From Vitrella brassicaformis CCMP3155 (Eukaryota; Protista; Chromerida): a DNA stretch of 64,000 bases. The first letter of the stretch is position 1. Each line of letters starts with the position of its first letter. Location of the stretch: contig CDMY01000748.1 of assembly GCA_001179505.1 (NCBI GenBank), positions 124,001 through 188,000 of the forward strand, written 5' to 3'. The notes under the pieces were generated by a model that did no database searches, was not told the origin of the DNA, and saw nothing but the letters and a program-made list of their open reading frames with translations. The position numbers were made by a program, and so were the translations under genes. Below are positions 61,865 to 64,000 of this stretch, in pieces.

Positions 61865-63637
61865 GCACGTGATGCGACGTGATGTGGGAAACACAGTTAT
61901 GTTGAATGACACACACGGGGCAGAGACCAAGTTGAATCGATTTCCCTTTGTCCGGTCAGAGAACCCACACACACCGAAGGACACCCACCGATACCACAGA
62001 GGCCATATAGGCAGACAGACCGACCATCAGACAGACAAAAAGGCGTCTTGGGGTCTTACAGGTCTCATGGACAAACGAAATCAAACGAACGTCACATTGG
62101 CTATGGCAGGCCTGGCTCATGGATCATGGATAAAGCCATCACATCACCTCACGTCCATCGGTCGCCGACAGATACAGCGACGACACCACAGACAATGCAC
62201 TCACACACACATCGATGTGTGGGTGGATGTGTGCAGCAGCAAAGGCACACACACCGACACAGATGGCCAATGCGCGCACACTGACACCCTATAGCAACTC
62301 GAGCAGGGGCATGCAGCAGAATAAACCGACGCAGCAGCTGGCCACAAATCCAGACATCGCTGCCGGACGGTCTCACCGCCGCAAAGGCACTCACAGCGGA
62401 CGCACCAGGGGGCAGTGCTCACAGGATGGCCACCAGCCTATACTCGAGGTAAGCCTCCTTTCCACTGTAGGTCAGTCTGGCCGGCGCGATGACCCGCCGC
62501 ACCTCACCCACACGCATGTCAGTGAAGGTCTCCTGGACCCACTCAGCAACAAAGTCAGACACACAACGCACCAGCCCACGGTATCCATATCTCTTGTCTT
62601 GGCCGTCGAAGTCGTCAGCCCACGCGACCTCGTCGATCTCGACGTCCTGGTTCTGTGTCGGTTTGGGCCCATTGCCCGGCCGCACCACTTGATGAAACAC
62701 ACCCGACGGCGACCGAGTGAACACATCGCCGCCGCCGCCATGGCCGGCTGCTATGGTTGGTGATGAGACCTCCTGACGCCGCAGTGTGGCGCCATTGCCA
62801 TTGGCCACACCCACACTGACACACAGACACACAGGCACACAGACACACAGCCCCAATGAGAGCCCACCGTCTGTGTGTCTGTGCAGCACCTACGTCTCAT
62901 TCGGCAGCACTCCCTTTGGCAGCAGCGACTCGCGGCCGCTCCTGTCCTTGCTGTAGAAGTTGACGCTCGTGCGGCAGATGTCCAGCGGCAAATAGATGCG
63001 CTTCTTGGGGCGGTCGGGGACCAATGCGTTGAGCTCGTAGAAGTACTCGCCCGGCTGGGCAGGGTCCTCCAGCACATTGCGACTGAACTCCAGCACACCG
63101 ACGTCCACCAGTCTGTCACTCATTGCGCCTGCACACACACACCGACAGTGTAAGAACCAAATGACCTGGCGAGTCTGTCTGTTTCTGCTGCTTGGCTGTG
63201 TCAGTGTTTGCTCTTGTTTGCGTACCTGTGTGCCGCTGGCCGGTCCACGGGCTTGGTTGGTGCTGTGGATGGATGACGTTTGTCAGATGAACGGTGCTGC
63301 CTGCCCAAACACCACACAGACGCACACTGGTGAAGCTGCTGGCTCAGATCTACATATTTGCTTGTCGTCCGAGGCTCTCTGACCCACCTCGCGCTGCAAC
63401 GAACGAACGAACGAACGAACGCTGCAAAAAGCCGATCGGCGAGGGAATGCGAGCTTAGCATGGGAGGAACTCTCCTCTCCCGCGGAGCCCAGAGAGGCCT
63501 GAAGGTTTCCTGTCTTCAGACCTGACAGATCTGTGCCTTTGTCGTACCAACAGGCGACACCAACCACACGAGTGATGCAAAGATTCGCCGCCCTGGTCGT
63601 CGTGATGATGGCCCTCGTCTGCACTGTGACGTCGGAC
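61865..63637. repeat. Inverted segmental duplication, arm B (partner 24907-26600)
   Basis: Reverse-complement match to arm A. Confidence 0.9.
62419..63123 (-). CDS. Family gene 7: VG-type domain + FKBP-like domain (paralogue of gene 2)
   Basis: Exon 1 (63123-62894) is 230 nt, the same length as in gene 2, followed by a phase-2 intron. Exon 2 (62815-62419) is an intact FKBP-like exon. Confidence 0.82.
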
Positions 63638-64000
63638 ATCAACAGAGAAGGTAGACACTCGTCTGTCCAGCAGCCTGCTTCCACTCAGTGCCTTCACTCT
63701 TACTTGTGTGTGTGCTGCGGTCTCTCTGGCGTGCTGCAGGCGGATCAGCTGAGGCTGCCTACGAGAGAAGTGGTGCCCCTGCCGACGGAAATAGCAGCCT
63801 GCAAGGTGCGCAAGTGTGCACTGCACGATTCTATGTCATGGAGGGGGTGTGTGTGTGGGTGTTTGTCAGAGGGCCCGGGCGGCGTGAGCACTCCCCTTGC
63901 TCCATTGGGGGGTGGCTCGGCCGGTGTGGAGAACAACAGCGGGTCACTTTGCATGCCAGGGACCCCTGGCTGCGGCATGCCCTCGGCTTCCGGTGAGGCG

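Noticed and set aside
24404-63123. Transposase, reverse transcriptase or recombinase that could mobilise the FKBP module
   Set aside because: No such ORF, terminal inverted repeats or target-site duplications were visible, so the dispersal mechanism is not shown by this window.
1-64000. CRISPR-like or regularly spaced repeats
   Set aside because: The repeats are GT/CA, GA, GACA, GGGA and GGAT microsatellites in introns and intergenic DNA of a eukaryote. No constant repeat with unique spacers and no cas genes were seen.
63740-64000. Exon-like segments on the plus strand at the window end
   Set aside because: Splice-like sites are present, but no coherent frame or recognisable product can be established within the window.

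Overview
This is a eukaryotic, GC-rich, intron-dense window with GT/CA microsatellite-filled introns and two 300-N assembly gaps. A red-lineage LHC gene with a bipartite leader, an apicomplexan 41-3 antigen homologue and the intron style point to a chromerid alveolate, most like Vitrella (inference). Recognisable spliced genes are a WD40 protein, a FAM227/FWWh-like protein, a CCCH zinc finger, a 41-3 antigen homologue, a secreted RTX-like protein, a DXD glycosyltransferase, INTS9, a Gly/Tyr-tailed secreted peptide, an Lhcr-type antenna protein, a single-domain voltage-gated channel with EF-hand, NUP98-96 and a SHAQKYF Myb. The standout is a dispersed family of seven genes that all end in a divergent FKBP-fold terminal exon. 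In every case that exon is joined through a phase-2 intron to one of two N-terminal module types: a short unrecognised 'VGxFEGRxVY' domain (5 genes) or a BTB/POZ cassette (2 genes, one with a transmembrane helix). In a recent inverted duplicate pair the N-terminal exon differs at 2 of about 77 residues while the FKBP exon differs at about 38 of about 131. There are signs of mosaicism, truncation and frameshift, and a shared 70-85 bp element lies upstream of several members. Together this suggests an exon-shuffled, diversifying sensor or receptor family. All exon boundaries were called by eye and no database searches were run.
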